Assembly: GCA_944358625.1 (NCBI GenBank)
Contig: CALVRL010000001.1
Coordinates: forward strand, 1 to 56,342
Source of the DNA: an uncultured Bacilli bacterium
GTDB taxonomy: Bacteria > Bacillota_I > Bacilli_A > RF39 > UBA660
Direction of reading: 5' to 3'
Length of the DNA: 56,342 nucleotides
Shown here one piece after another: positions 1 to 9,388 of the stretch. A model generated the notes under the pieces. The model made no database searches. It was given only the letters and a program-made list of their open reading frames with translations, and was not told where the DNA came from. The translations under genes and the position numbers were made by a program. Position 1 is the stretch's first letter, and each line of letters starts with the position of its first letter.

Positions 1-2
1 AT

Positions 3-521
3 ACAAGACATAATGCAGGGTTTAAATTTATAGACAAATTTGCTAGTTCATTAAATTTAAATTTTAACAAAGAAAAATTTGGCGGACTATATACCGAGTT
101 TAATTATCAAAATGAAAAAATAATTTTATTAAAACCACAAAAATATATAAATCTATCAGGAGAAGTATTAATAAAATTTAAAGATTTTTACAAAATAGAT
201 ACAAAAGATATATTAATAATATGTGATGATTTAGACACAGAGTTAGGTCAAATAAAAATAAAATACAAAGGTTCATCAGGCGGACACAATGGACTAAAAA
301 ATATAGAATATCATCTTCATACAGTAGAATATAAAAGAATCAAAATTGGAATATCAAAAAACAGTAATGACAAAATAGATTATGTAATAGGAAAAATACC
401 CAAAGAAGAGTTAGAAAAATTAGAAAAAGTTACAGATAAAGCAAACGAAATATTAAAAGATTATTTAAACATGAATTTTGATAACCTAATGAACAAATAT
501 AACAAGGTGAATCTAATATGA
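3..521 (+). CDS. pth: peptidyl-tRNA hydrolase, C-terminal 172 codons (5' end outside window)
   Basis: Frame 3 is open from the window edge and translates TRHNAGFKFIDKF...KGSSGGHNGLKNI, matching Pth signatures. The TGA stop overlaps the mfd ATG (ATGA). pth-mfd synteny is typical. Confidence 0.85.
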   Translation, partial: TRHNAGFKFIDKFASSLNLNFNKEKFGGLYTEFNYQNEKIILLKPQKYINLSGEVLIKFKDFYKIDTKDILIICDDLDTELGQIKIKYKGSSGGHNGLKNIEYHLHTVEYKRIKIGISKNSNDKIDYVIGKIPKEELEKLEKVTDKANEILKDYLNMNFDNLMNKYNKVNLI

Positions 522-3500
522 GTTTTATAGATAAAATATTTGATAAAGTAGAAAATAAAGAATTAATTGGTTTAAATAACGAATTAAAAAGTATATATAT
601 TTATCAAAAATTCAAAAAAGAAAATAATTCTATTTTATTTGTAACATCTAACCTTCATGAAGCTGGTCTAATATATAATTCACTAACCCACTATACTGAT
701 AAAGTATGGTTTTTTCCCATGGATGATTTTATAACAAGTGAAGCTATAGCCATATCACCAGAATTTAAAATAACAAGATTAGAGACAATGAATTCAATAA
801 TCAAAGAAGATAAAGCCATTGTTATTACAACATTAATGGGATATTTAAGATACCTGCCATCAAAAGAAAAATTTAAAAACAGTCAAATAAAATTAAAAGT
901 AGGAGAAACAATAGAAATAGATAAATTAGTAGAAAAATTATTTGATTTAGGATACAAAAAAGAAGTAACAGTAAATATGACAGGCGAAATTGCAACAAGA
1001 GGTTATGTCATAGATATTTTTCCCATAAATAACGATAACCCAGTCAGAGTAGAATTTTGGGGAGATGAAATAGACTCCATCAGAACATTCGATGTAGAAA
1101 ATCAGTTAACACTAAAAAAAATAGATAAAATAGACATATTTCCAAACACAGAAACATTATTAGAAAAATATAAATTTGGCGCTAAACATAGAGAAATGCA
1201 ATATGAAAAAAACATAACAAACATCAAAGGATATTTAAATAATCCAGTTACTATATATAATAATTATCAAGCACTTTTAGTAAATTATAACCTACTTTTA
1301 GATGAAATAAAAAATTATAATATAAGTATAGAATTAGATTCAAACACAAAATATATGTTCGACTTTAAAGAAATAGAAGAAAAATCACCAATTATATTTG
1401 AAGAATTTCATAATCAAAATATTGAAAAAGCAAAAATATTTAAAAAAGTTGATATTCCAAATTTTCCAAATAACGCCAAAGAAATAAATGAAAGATTAAA
1501 CGTATATTTAAAACAAAATAAATTAGTTATTATTTGTCTAGAAAATAGATATCAAATAAATAAATTAATCGAATATTTAGAAAACCCAAATTTAACATTT
1601 ACAAATGAAAACGAATTATATAAAAACAAAGTAAATTTAATTATAAAGAAAATAAATGGCGGATTTATAACAGAAGAATATATAGTTATAACCGAAAAAG
1701 AATTATTTGGTAAAAAAGAAGAAGGAACATATAAAACAAAATTTAAATACGGAACGAGAATAAAAGATATCACAAAATTAGAAATTGGCGATTATGTAGT
1801 TCATGGAATACACGGTATAGGTAGATATGAAGGATTAAAAACAATAGTAAAAAACGGATTAAAAAAAGATTATTTAATGGTAGTATATAGAGATAACGAT
1901 AAACTTTATATACCAGTAGAAAAACTAGATTTAATCACAAAATATTCATCAAAAGATGGAATAGTACCAAAATTAAATAAATTAGGAACTCATGAATGGG
2001 AAAAGGCAAAAGCTAAAGCTAGAAAACATGCTGAAGACATAGCCGAAGATTTATTAAAAATGTATGCGATAAGAGAATCACAAAAAGGATATGCCTTTGC
2101 CAAAGATACAAAAGAACAAATAGAATTTGAAAAAGAATTTCCATATGAAGAAACAGCCGATCAATTAAGAGTAACAGAAGAAATAAAAAAAGATATGGAA
2201 TCAGATAAACCAATGGATAGATTATTATGTGGAGATGTAGGATATGGAAAAACAGAAGTAGCATTCAGAGCCATATTTAAAGCAATTATGTCAGGCAAAC
2301 AAGCAGCTATTCTCTGCCCTACTACAATTTTATCTTCCCAGCACTTTCAAAATGCTTTAGAAAGATTCAAATCATTTCCAGTAGATATTGCTCTATTAAA
2401 TAGATTTGTAAGCCCACAAAAAACGAAAGAAACACTAGAAAAACTAGAAAAAGGAACTATAGATTTATTGATAGGAACACATAGAATATTATCAGATGAT
2501 GTTAAATTCAAAGATTTAGGATTATTAGTAATAGATGAAGAACAAAGATTTGGAGTTAGACATAAAGAAAAAATAAAAAAATACAAAAACAACATAGACG
2601 TCTTAACCCTATCCGCAACCCCTATTCCAAGAACATTACAAATGTCGATAGCTGGAATTAGAAGTTTATCGTTAATAGAAACACCACCAATGGATAGATA
2701 CCCTATTCAAACATACGTCCTAGCCGAAAATAAACAAATTATAAAAGATGCTATTTATAAAGAAATGGCAAGATCAGGACAAGTATTTGTCTTATATAAT
2801 AGAGTTGAAAACATAGAAGGTAAAAAAGTAGAACTTCAAAACTTAATACCAGAAGCCAAAATAGGAGTTGCCCATGGCCAGATGAATAAGACACAGTTAG
2901 AAAACGTCATGATAGATTTTACAAATAAAAAATATGATATATTATTATGTACAACAATTATCGAAACAGGAATAGATATAGAATCAGCTAATACATTAAT
3001 CATAATAGATGCAGATAGATTTGGTTTGTCACAGTTATATCAAATCAGAGGAAGAATAGGTAGAAGTAATAAAATTGCATATTGTTACCTAATGTATTCC
3101 CCAACTAAAATATTAACCGAAGTAGCAACAAAAAGATTAAAAGTAATTAAAGACTTCACTGAATTAGGTAGTGGATTTGCTATAGCAATGCGAGATTTAT
3201 CAATAAGAGGAGCCGGTGATATTTTAGGTAGTGAGCAAGCCGGATTTATAGATAGCATAGGAATAGAATTATTTATGCAGATGCTTAATGAAGAAATAGC
3301 TAAATTAAAAGGCGAAAAACCAAAAGAAGAAACAAAAGATACACAGCCACTAATAGATGTATCAACTTCAATTAGTGATAATTTTGTAACAGATGAAGAT
3401 TTGAAAATAGAAATACACAAGAAAATTTCTACTATTGATTCTTATGAATCATTAAATAAAATTAAACAAGAATTAGAAGATAGATTTGGAAAACTATCAG

Positions 3501-3796
3501 AAGATATAATTATCTATATGTATGAAGAATTATTCGAACAAGAAGCAAAAAAATTAAATATAAAAAATATAAGGCAAACAAAAAATTCCATTGAAATAAC
3601 TTTAGATAAAGAAATAACAGAAAAATTAGATGGCGAAACATTATTCTTTGAAACAACAAAATTATCAAGAATGTTTAGGTTCAGCATGAAAATAGATAAA
3701 TTAATCATAACACTAGATATAGTAAAATTAGATAAACATTTTGTATATTATTTATTAGATTTCTTAAAAATATTAAAAAAATCATTAAAAAAATAA
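518..3796 (+). CDS. mfd: transcription-repair coupling factor
   Basis: 1092 aa. Walker A GDVGYGKTEVA, DEEQRFG box, helicase motif QLYQIRGRIGRS, and a CarD-like segment GDYVVHGIHGIGRY. Confidence 0.95.
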   Translation: MSFIDKIFDKVENKELIGLNNELKSIYIYQKFKKENNSILFVTSNLHEAGLIYNSLTHYTDKVWFFPMDDFITSEAIAISPEFKITRLETMNSIIKEDKAIVITTLMGYLRYLPSKEKFKNSQIKLKVGETIEIDKLVEKLFDLGYKKEVTVNMTGEIATRGYVIDIFPINNDNPVRVEFWGDEIDSIRTFDVENQLTLKKIDKIDIFPNTETLLEKYKFGAKHREMQYEKNITNIKGYLNNPVTIYNNYQALLVNYNLLLDEIKNYNISIELDSNTKYMFDFKEIEEKSPIIFEEFHNQNIEKAKIFKKVDIPNFPNNAKEINERLNVYLKQNKLVIICLENRYQINKLIEYLENPNLTFTNENELYKNKVNLIIKKINGGFITEEYIVITEKELFGKKEEGTYKTKFKYGTRIKDITKLEIGDYVVHGIHGIGRYEGLKTIVKNGLKKDYLMVVYRDNDKLYIPVEKLDLITKYSSKDGIVPKLNKLGTHEWEKAKAKARKHAEDIAEDLLKMYAIRESQKGYAFAKDTKEQIEFEKEFPYEETADQLRVTEEIKKDMESDKPMDRLLCGDVGYGKTEVAFRAIFKAIMSGKQAAILCPTTILSSQHFQNALERFKSFPVDIALLNRFVSPQKTKETLEKLEKGTIDLLIGTHRILSDDVKFKDLGLLVIDEEQRFGVRHKEKIKKYKNNIDVLTLSATPIPRTLQMSIAGIRSLSLIETPPMDRYPIQTYVLAENKQIIKDAIYKEMARSGQVFVLYNRVENIEGKKVELQNLIPEAKIGVAHGQMNKTQLENVMIDFTNKKYDILLCTTIIETGIDIESANTLIIIDADRFGLSQLYQIRGRIGRSNKIAYCYLMYSPTKILTEVATKRLKVIKDFTELGSGFAIAMRDLSIRGAGDILGSEQAGFIDSIGIELFMQMLNEEIAKLKGEKPKEETKDTQPLIDVSTSISDNFVTDEDLKIEIHKKISTIDSYESLNKIKQELEDRFGKLSEDIIIYMYEELFEQEAKKLNIKNIRQTKNSIEITLDKEITEKLDGETLFFETTKLSRMFRFSMKIDKLIITLDIVKLDKHFVYYLLDFLKILKKSLKK

Positions 3797-3835
3797 AATT
3801 TTTGTTATATAATATTAAAGAAAGAAGGAAAATGA

Positions 3836-4108
3836 ATGAAACAAAAATACAGCGAAGATTTAGAAATTGATCTAACAAAATTAATGGGAAAAGAATTTGA
3901 TAAATATAAAAATAAAAAATATAAACTATATTCAAATGATATAAAAGTAGCCATAATAACAATTCCAATATCTTTATTATTAACACAAATTACAGAAACA
4001 CCAATAAAAGAAAGTCTATTTATCATAAGTATAGGAAGTACATTATATACAGTAACAAGTTTATATAAAAATTCAAAAGAAAGTAAAAAAAGGTTCACAA
4101 TTAAGTGA
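3836..4108 (+). CDS. hypothetical small membrane protein (90 aa)
   Basis: ORF preceded by GAAGGAAAA. It has one or two hydrophobic segments and no recognisable family. Confidence 0.35.
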   Translation: MKQKYSEDLEIDLTKLMGKEFDKYKNKKYKLYSNDIKVAIITIPISLLLTQITETPIKESLFIISIGSTLYTVTSLYKNSKESKKRFTIK

Positions 4109-4138
4109 ATCTTTTAATATATCTTATTTATCAATAAA

Positions 4139-5380
4139 TTAATAATTCAAACTACCTTCATCTAAAAGAAAATCAGTAATTCCCATAATAACAATACCTT
4201 TATCGTCTCTCCATCTTTTAATATTATCTTTAACAATAATGATTTTTTTAAAAAAATCATTAACATTCATAAAAGATTTTTCTTCTTGTTCTCTTTTTTC
4301 TTTAGTGTCGATATTTAAAGCAGACTGAATATAAAATTTATTATTTCCCTTATTAGCAATAAAATCAATTTCGTATTGTTTTCTACCATCTTTATCTCTA
4401 GCTTCTACAACCCCAACATCAACTTTAAAACCTCTTCTTTTAAGTTCTATGTATATGATATTTTCCATAATATGATTTTCTTCTTGTTGTCTAAAATTTA
4501 GAAAAGCATTTCTAATTCCAATATCGGTAAAATAATATTTATAAGGAGTATCTATATATTTTTTACCTTTAATATCATATCTTAAGGTTTTTTCAATTAT
4601 AAAAGCATCTTCAAAATAAGATAAATAATTATAAATAGTTTTATCAGTTAACAAAGTGTTTTTATTATATGATTTAAAAGTTCTAGCAAGTTTCAAAGGG
4701 TTAGTAAGAGAACCGATACTAGAAGAAATAATTTCTATTAATTTTTCTAATTCTTCTTTATTTTTAATATTATTTCTTTCTATAACATCATTTAGATAAA
4801 CATTATCTTTCTGCATATCCAAATAATTCATTTTATCTTCTTCCTTAGTATAACTCATTATCAAAGGAAGGCCCCCATAAGTATAGTATTCTATCCAAGC
4901 CTCTTCTTTACTACCGTCATAACTAGAATAAAATTCTTTAAAAGATAATGGATAGACTCTAATTTCATCTCCCCTACCTCTAAATTCAGTAATAATATCA
5001 GAAGATAAAAACTTAGAATTACTTCCAGTAACATAAATATCCAAATTTTCTTTTCTAAGTAAACCATTTAATAATCCCTCAAAATTAGGAACCATTTGTA
5101 TTTCGTCTAAAAGTATATAATATAAATCATCATCTAAAATTTTATCATCAATATATTTTCTTAAATTTTTAGAATCAAGTAAATCAGAGTTACCATCATC
5201 ATCTAAAGCAATCATAATTATATGATTAGAACTAACACCATTATCTAATAAATAGTTTTTAAACAAATGATTTAATAAATAAGATTTACCACATCTTCTA
5301 ATACCAGTAATAATTTTTATTAAATGATTATTTTTTCTGTCAATCAACTTTTGTAAATAATAATCTCTTTTTATTTCCAC
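4139..5380 (-). CDS. AAA-family ATPase of the AAA_14/DUF4143 type (COG1373-like)
   Basis: Walker A GIRRCGKSYLL and Walker B ILLDEIQ. The likely start is GTG at 5380, 6 nt after AGGAGG (5392-5387). The ORF-track ATG at 5395 would lie inside that SD. Confidence 0.85.
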   Translation of the reverse strand: MEIKRDYYLQKLIDRKNNHLIKIITGIRRCGKSYLLNHLFKNYLLDNGVSSNHIIMIALDDDGNSDLLDSKNLRKYIDDKILDDDLYYILLDEIQMVPNFEGLLNGLLRKENLDIYVTGSNSKFLSSDIITEFRGRGDEIRVYPLSFKEFYSSYDGSKEEAWIEYYTYGGLPLIMSYTKEEDKMNYLDMQKDNVYLNDVIERNNIKNKEELEKLIEIISSSIGSLTNPLKLARTFKSYNKNTLLTDKTIYNYLSYFEDAFIIEKTLRYDIKGKKYIDTPYKYYFTDIGIRNAFLNFRQQEENHIMENIIYIELKRRGFKVDVGVVEARDKDGRKQYEIDFIANKGNNKFYIQSALNIDTKEKREQEEKSFMNVNDFFKKIIIVKDNIKRWRDDKGIVIMGITDFLLDEGSLNY

Positions 5381-5393
5381 ACTATTCCTCCTC

Positions 5394-5505
5394 ATTCCGA
5401 AAAAATGACATTTTTACCACAAATTCGTAATAATTATATCACAAAAATCAAATAAAATCAATTTTATTCCGAAAAAATGACATTTTTACCACAAATTCGT
5501 AATAA
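5394..5505. repeat. 40-bp perfect direct repeat in two copies (5394-5433 and 5466-5505), 72-bp period, upstream of the ATPase gene
   Basis: ATTCCGAAAAAATGACATTTTTACCACAAATTCGTAATAA occurs twice identically. Each unit is bounded by an imperfect 8-bp inverted repeat (ATTCCGAA / TTCGTAAT). Confidence 0.9.
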
Positions 5506-5528
5506 AAAAGTGATTTATAAAAAACCAC

Positions 5529-7148
5529 TTAATTATCAAGATAATTCATAAGTTTAGGTAAAATTTGTTTTTTCCTAGAAAGCATACCCTCAAAGAAGTA
5601 TCCTTCCTTTAAATTATCGACACCAAAAGCATTCTCTGCTATTTCTTTGCTATTTTCATTATAGAATATATAAGAACCCTTATTCCAAATATCAGTAACA
5701 AACAAAGAAATAAAAGCATAGTCTTCTTCTTTCGCAATTTGGTTTAAACATTCGATAATTTCGTTTTTCTTACCCATAATCTCATCAGTATTCATAGTTA
5801 AGAATTGACCAACACCAATTCTCTGATGATTAACCATAAATTTCTTAAAGTCACCATGAATAATTTCAGAAATAGTTTGACCTTTAATAGTAGAACCAGC
5901 TTTAAACATTTCAAAAGCAAATTTTTCATAATCAACTTCCGCAATACTAGCAAGTTCTTTTAAAGCATTCCTATCCAAATCAGTAGTAGTTGGTGAAGTC
6001 AAAAGAAGAGTATCAGAAATAATACCAGAAAGCATTAATCCTGCATAATTTTTAGGAATATCTATATTATTTTCTTTAAACATTAAATAAAGAATAGTAT
6101 TAGTACAGCCCACAGGCATATTTCTAAAATTAATAGGACTATTAGTACCAACATTGCCAATTCTATGATGATCGACAATTTCTAAAATTTCAGCTTCCTC
6201 TAAACCAATAACACTCTGCTCTTTCTCATTATGATCAACTAAAATAACTTGTTTAGGATGACGGCTATAAGCCATACTAACCCTAAATACACCAAGGCAG
6301 TGTCCCTTACTATCCAAAACAGGATAATTACTATATTTTTTCTTATTAGCCAAATCTAAAACATCAGTCAAATCATCATTTTCATTAATAAAAACAATAT
6401 CTTCAGTTTTAAGATTATCTTTAATATAATTACTCAAAACAACTAAATTTGCTGTTGTTAATCCATCATATTCAGTGCTTATAACATCGACATGATTTTT
6501 CCTAGCTATATCCAAATGTTCTTCTTTCATTTGAACACCATTAGTTAAAACAATTAAAGATGCAGAATTTTCAACCGCATATTCTATAATCGCATGTCTA
6601 TCACCAGTAATTAAAACACTTTCTTTATCTATTTTAATATTTTCCCTAAAAGTAGTACTTCTATAACTAGGAGAAATAACCTCACCCTTAATTTCCTCAT
6701 CAAACCTTAAAATTTCCTTACCATCTAAAGCCTCAAGCAAATTGTCATAAGAAGTATTTATTTTTCTAAGTTTATTATTAATTAAATTACCAGCCACATC
6801 TTTCATAGTAGCCGCACCAATATAAAAACCTTCATCATCGACAACAGGAATAGTACCAATACCAGTATTATTCATATGATTATATCCTTTAAAAATTGAA
6901 TCTTTTTCATGTAAGAAACAGTCTTTAGTATAATCGACATCTTTAATTTGAAGTTTAACATCATTCAAATATTTAGGTCTATCAAAATTAAAATACTTTA
7001 AAACAAATTTAGTTTCGTAATTTAAACTACCAATAGCTCTAGCTTCCGCATTCATTCCAAGTTTATTTTTCAAATAAGCCAAAACAATAGCCGAAGTAAT
7101 ACTATCAGTATCAGGTTGTTGATGTCCAAAAATTAAAACTTTACTCAT
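5529..7148 (-). CDS. ppaC: family II (DHH) manganese-dependent inorganic pyrophosphatase with CBS-pair insert
   Basis: Motifs FGHQQPDTDS, DHN and VDHHRIG (DHH), plus a DHHA2-like C-terminus and a central CBS/DRTGG-like region. Start ATG at 7148 lies 6 nt after GGAGG; the track start at 7166 has no SD. Confidence 0.85.
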   Translation of the reverse strand: MSKVLIFGHQQPDTDSITSAIVLAYLKNKLGMNAEARAIGSLNYETKFVLKYFNFDRPKYLNDVKLQIKDVDYTKDCFLHEKDSIFKGYNHMNNTGIGTIPVVDDEGFYIGAATMKDVAGNLINNKLRKINTSYDNLLEALDGKEILRFDEEIKGEVISPSYRSTTFRENIKIDKESVLITGDRHAIIEYAVENSASLIVLTNGVQMKEEHLDIARKNHVDVISTEYDGLTTANLVVLSNYIKDNLKTEDIVFINENDDLTDVLDLANKKKYSNYPVLDSKGHCLGVFRVSMAYSRHPKQVILVDHNEKEQSVIGLEEAEILEIVDHHRIGNVGTNSPINFRNMPVGCTNTILYLMFKENNIDIPKNYAGLMLSGIISDTLLLTSPTTTDLDRNALKELASIAEVDYEKFAFEMFKAGSTIKGQTISEIIHGDFKKFMVNHQRIGVGQFLTMNTDEIMGKKNEIIECLNQIAKEEDYAFISLFVTDIWNKGSYIFYNENSKEIAENAFGVDNLKEGYFFEGMLSRKKQILPKLMNYLDN

Positions 7149-7251
7149 AAAAACCTCCTTCCACAACGTAAATTATATCATTTTTTTCTTTATATTAAAA
7201 GTATAAATGTAACATTTAAGCACATAATAAATTCTAGAAAGAAGGTAAAAA

Positions 7252-7770
7252 ATGAACGTAAAAGGCATAGTAAGAAGAATAGATGAATTAGGAAGAGTCG
7301 TAGTTCCAAAAGAAATAAGAAAATCTCTGCACATTAAAAACGGTGAAAATTTAGAAATATTTGTAAATAATGATGAAATAATATTAAAAAAATATTCAGA
7401 AATAGGAAACATAAAAGAAATAAGTGATAATATATCAGAAACAATAAATACCTATTTAAAAGCAAATGTCTTAATATCAGATACCGATAAATATATAAGT
7501 ATAGCAGGATCCTTAAAAAATAAATATTTAAACAAAGAAATAAGTGAAAATGTTTTAAAATGTATAAATGAAAGAAAAATTAAAACATTAAATAGTCTAA
7601 AAATAACCAAAGAAGAAATGGAAAATCAAAATATAATTTTATGTCCAATAATATCAAACGGAGATTCTTTAGGAAGTATAATAGTAATAAGTAAAAAAGA
7701 AATAGATAAAAATCAAATAGAAATAGTAAACCTCCTTTCAAAAGTTTTAGCTAAACATATTGAACCATAA
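7252..7770 (+). CDS. spoVT: stage V sporulation regulator SpoVT (AbrB-type swapped hairpin plus GAF-like domain)
   Basis: N-terminus GIVRRIDELGRVVVPKEIRKSLHIKNGENLEIF closely resembles B. subtilis SpoVT. Length 172 aa, with C-terminal GDSLGSIIVISK. Confidence 0.8.
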   Translation: MNVKGIVRRIDELGRVVVPKEIRKSLHIKNGENLEIFVNNDEIILKKYSEIGNIKEISDNISETINTYLKANVLISDTDKYISIAGSLKNKYLNKEISENVLKCINERKIKTLNSLKITKEEMENQNIILCPIISNGDSLGSIIVISKKEIDKNQIEIVNLLSKVLAKHIEP

Positions 7771-7788
7771 AATAAAACATGCTATAAT
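7760..7788 (+). promoter_or_regulatory. sigma-A type promoter for the T-box leader
   Basis: TTGAAC (7760-7765), 17-nt spacer, TATAAT (7783-7788) with an upstream TGC extension. Confidence 0.45.
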
Positions 7789-7799
7789 AATTGCATAAA

Positions 7800-8010
7800 T
7801 GCAGTGAAAGAAAGAAAAGTAGGTAACTTTATAGAGAGTTTATGTTTGGTGGAAATAAACAAGGTGACTACTCCGAATGATTCTTGAAGCAGTCTAATCG
7901 ATATGTAGGTTAGAACGGGAAACAACCGTTATTTGTTTAAGGTAAGTTAAAAACTTATAAATTAAGGTGGTACCACGCTCACAAACGTCCTTATACTAAG
8001 GGCGTTTTTA
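7800..8010 (+). promoter_or_regulatory. T-box riboswitch leader with Met (AUG) specifier
   Basis: AGAGAG bulge motif (7833-7838), distal-loop-like TGGTGGAAA, and specifier-loop GAATGA with ATG at 7877-7879. Conserved T-box AATTAAGGTGGTACCACGC at 7961-7979. Terminator of 9 bp stem at 7985-8005 plus a T-run. Confidence 0.8.
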
Positions 8011-8024
8011 TTAAGGAGGAAAGA

Positions 8025-8498
8025 ATGCGAAAGTTTGAAAAAATATCATTAAAAGAGTTTATAAAAGATACGAAACTAACCGAAAATGAATATAATAATA
8101 TAATAATGCCAACAAGAGCAACACAAAATAGTGCAGGATATGATTTTTATTTATTAGAAGATTTAGTTTTAAAACCAGGAGAGATAAAAAAAGTTCCAAC
8201 AGGAATAAAAGCAGCAATGAATAATGACGAAGTATTAATGATCTATATAAGAAGTAGTTTAGGTTTTAAATATAATTTAAGACTATGCAACGGAACAGGA
8301 ATTATAGATAGTGATTATTATAATAATGTAGATAATGAAGGACATATTTTGATAGCCATCCAAAACGAAGGAACTAATTTTCTAAATCTAAAGAAAAATG
8401 ATAGATTTGTTCAAGGAATTTTCATGAAATATTTAACTGTAGATAATGAAAAAAACATAAAAGAAACAAGAACTGGCGGTATAGGCAGTACTAATTAG
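8025..8498 (+). CDS. dut: trimeric dUTP diphosphatase
   Basis: Motifs SAGYDF, RSSLG, GIIDSDYY and C-terminal RTGGIGST. SD AAGGAGGA lies upstream. Confidence 0.85.
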   Translation: MRKFEKISLKEFIKDTKLTENEYNNIIMPTRATQNSAGYDFYLLEDLVLKPGEIKKVPTGIKAAMNNDEVLMIYIRSSLGFKYNLRLCNGTGIIDSDYYNNVDNEGHILIAIQNEGTNFLNLKKNDRFVQGIFMKYLTVDNEKNIKETRTGGIGSTN

Positions 8499-8507
8499 GA
8501 GAAAAAA

Positions 8508-9371
8508 ATGAATGAAAAAGAAATACCTAGAATAAAAATTAGTGAAATAGATTTAAATAATGCATTATTTCATTTTCACCCAAAAGAATTTCATGAAGAA
8601 GTTAAACAAAAGGGATTAGAACCAAGAATAGGTTCAAATGCTAAAGGAATTGAACAAACAGAAAAAATATTTTTTAGCAAAGGGTTAGATGGCGTTTTAA
8701 AACTTTGGGATGTTTGGATTAAATGGGAAATGAAACATGCTTTTAATGGCGATGATAAATATCCAGAGTTATTTAATAATAATAATGAAATATTAATTAT
8801 GAAAGATTATTGGACTAAATATTATCCAGTAGATGGCAATGCTGAAGAAATAAAACTTTTTTTTCAAAATATTCCAAAAGAATATAAAGAAAAATTTTTT
8901 TCAATTTTAATTAAAAGCAAAATTGAAAATCAAGAATATTACATACTAGACATAGAAGATGGAAAAGAATATGATAGTAACGATATTGATGAAATAAAAC
9001 AAAAATTAAAAAATGATTATGATAAAATTGACAAACAAGATTATCCAAGTTTATTAAAGCAACAAAAAAAAATTAATCACGCGAGAGTTTTATATGGTAG
9101 TTATAGCAAGAATGACATCTATATGGATAACTGGAATATGCATACAAAGACAGGAATTAGTATTGATAAAGATAAAATAAAATTACTTCAAACAGAAACA
9201 GGAGCAACTGATGTTTTAACAATTTTAATAGAATTATATGATATTTCTAAATATATTTTTGAACCATCGTATTTTGAACAGTTTGATATTTTAGAAGTCT
9301 TTATTGATTATGCAAAAAAAGAATTAAACCAAGATTATAATAATGAACAAAATAAAAAAATACATAGATAA
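8508..9371 (+). CDS. hypothetical protein (287 aa), no family recognised
   Basis: Long ORF with SD AGGAGA, packed 9 nt after dut and 17 nt before metG. Confidence 0.6.
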   Translation: MNEKEIPRIKISEIDLNNALFHFHPKEFHEEVKQKGLEPRIGSNAKGIEQTEKIFFSKGLDGVLKLWDVWIKWEMKHAFNGDDKYPELFNNNNEILIMKDYWTKYYPVDGNAEEIKLFFQNIPKEYKEKFFSILIKSKIENQEYYILDIEDGKEYDSNDIDEIKQKLKNDYDKIDKQDYPSLLKQQKKINHARVLYGSYSKNDIYMDNWNMHTKTGISIDKDKIKLLQTETGATDVLTILIELYDISKYIFEPSYFEQFDILEVFIDYAKKELNQDYNNEQNKKIHR

Positions 9372-9388
9372 TATAAGGAGGAAAAATA

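Noticed and set aside
7173-7412. 79-aa minus-strand ORF overlapping the spoVT start and the divergent promoter region
   Set aside because: It is antisense to the well-conserved SpoVT N-terminus, is hydrophobic and low-complexity, and has no SD.
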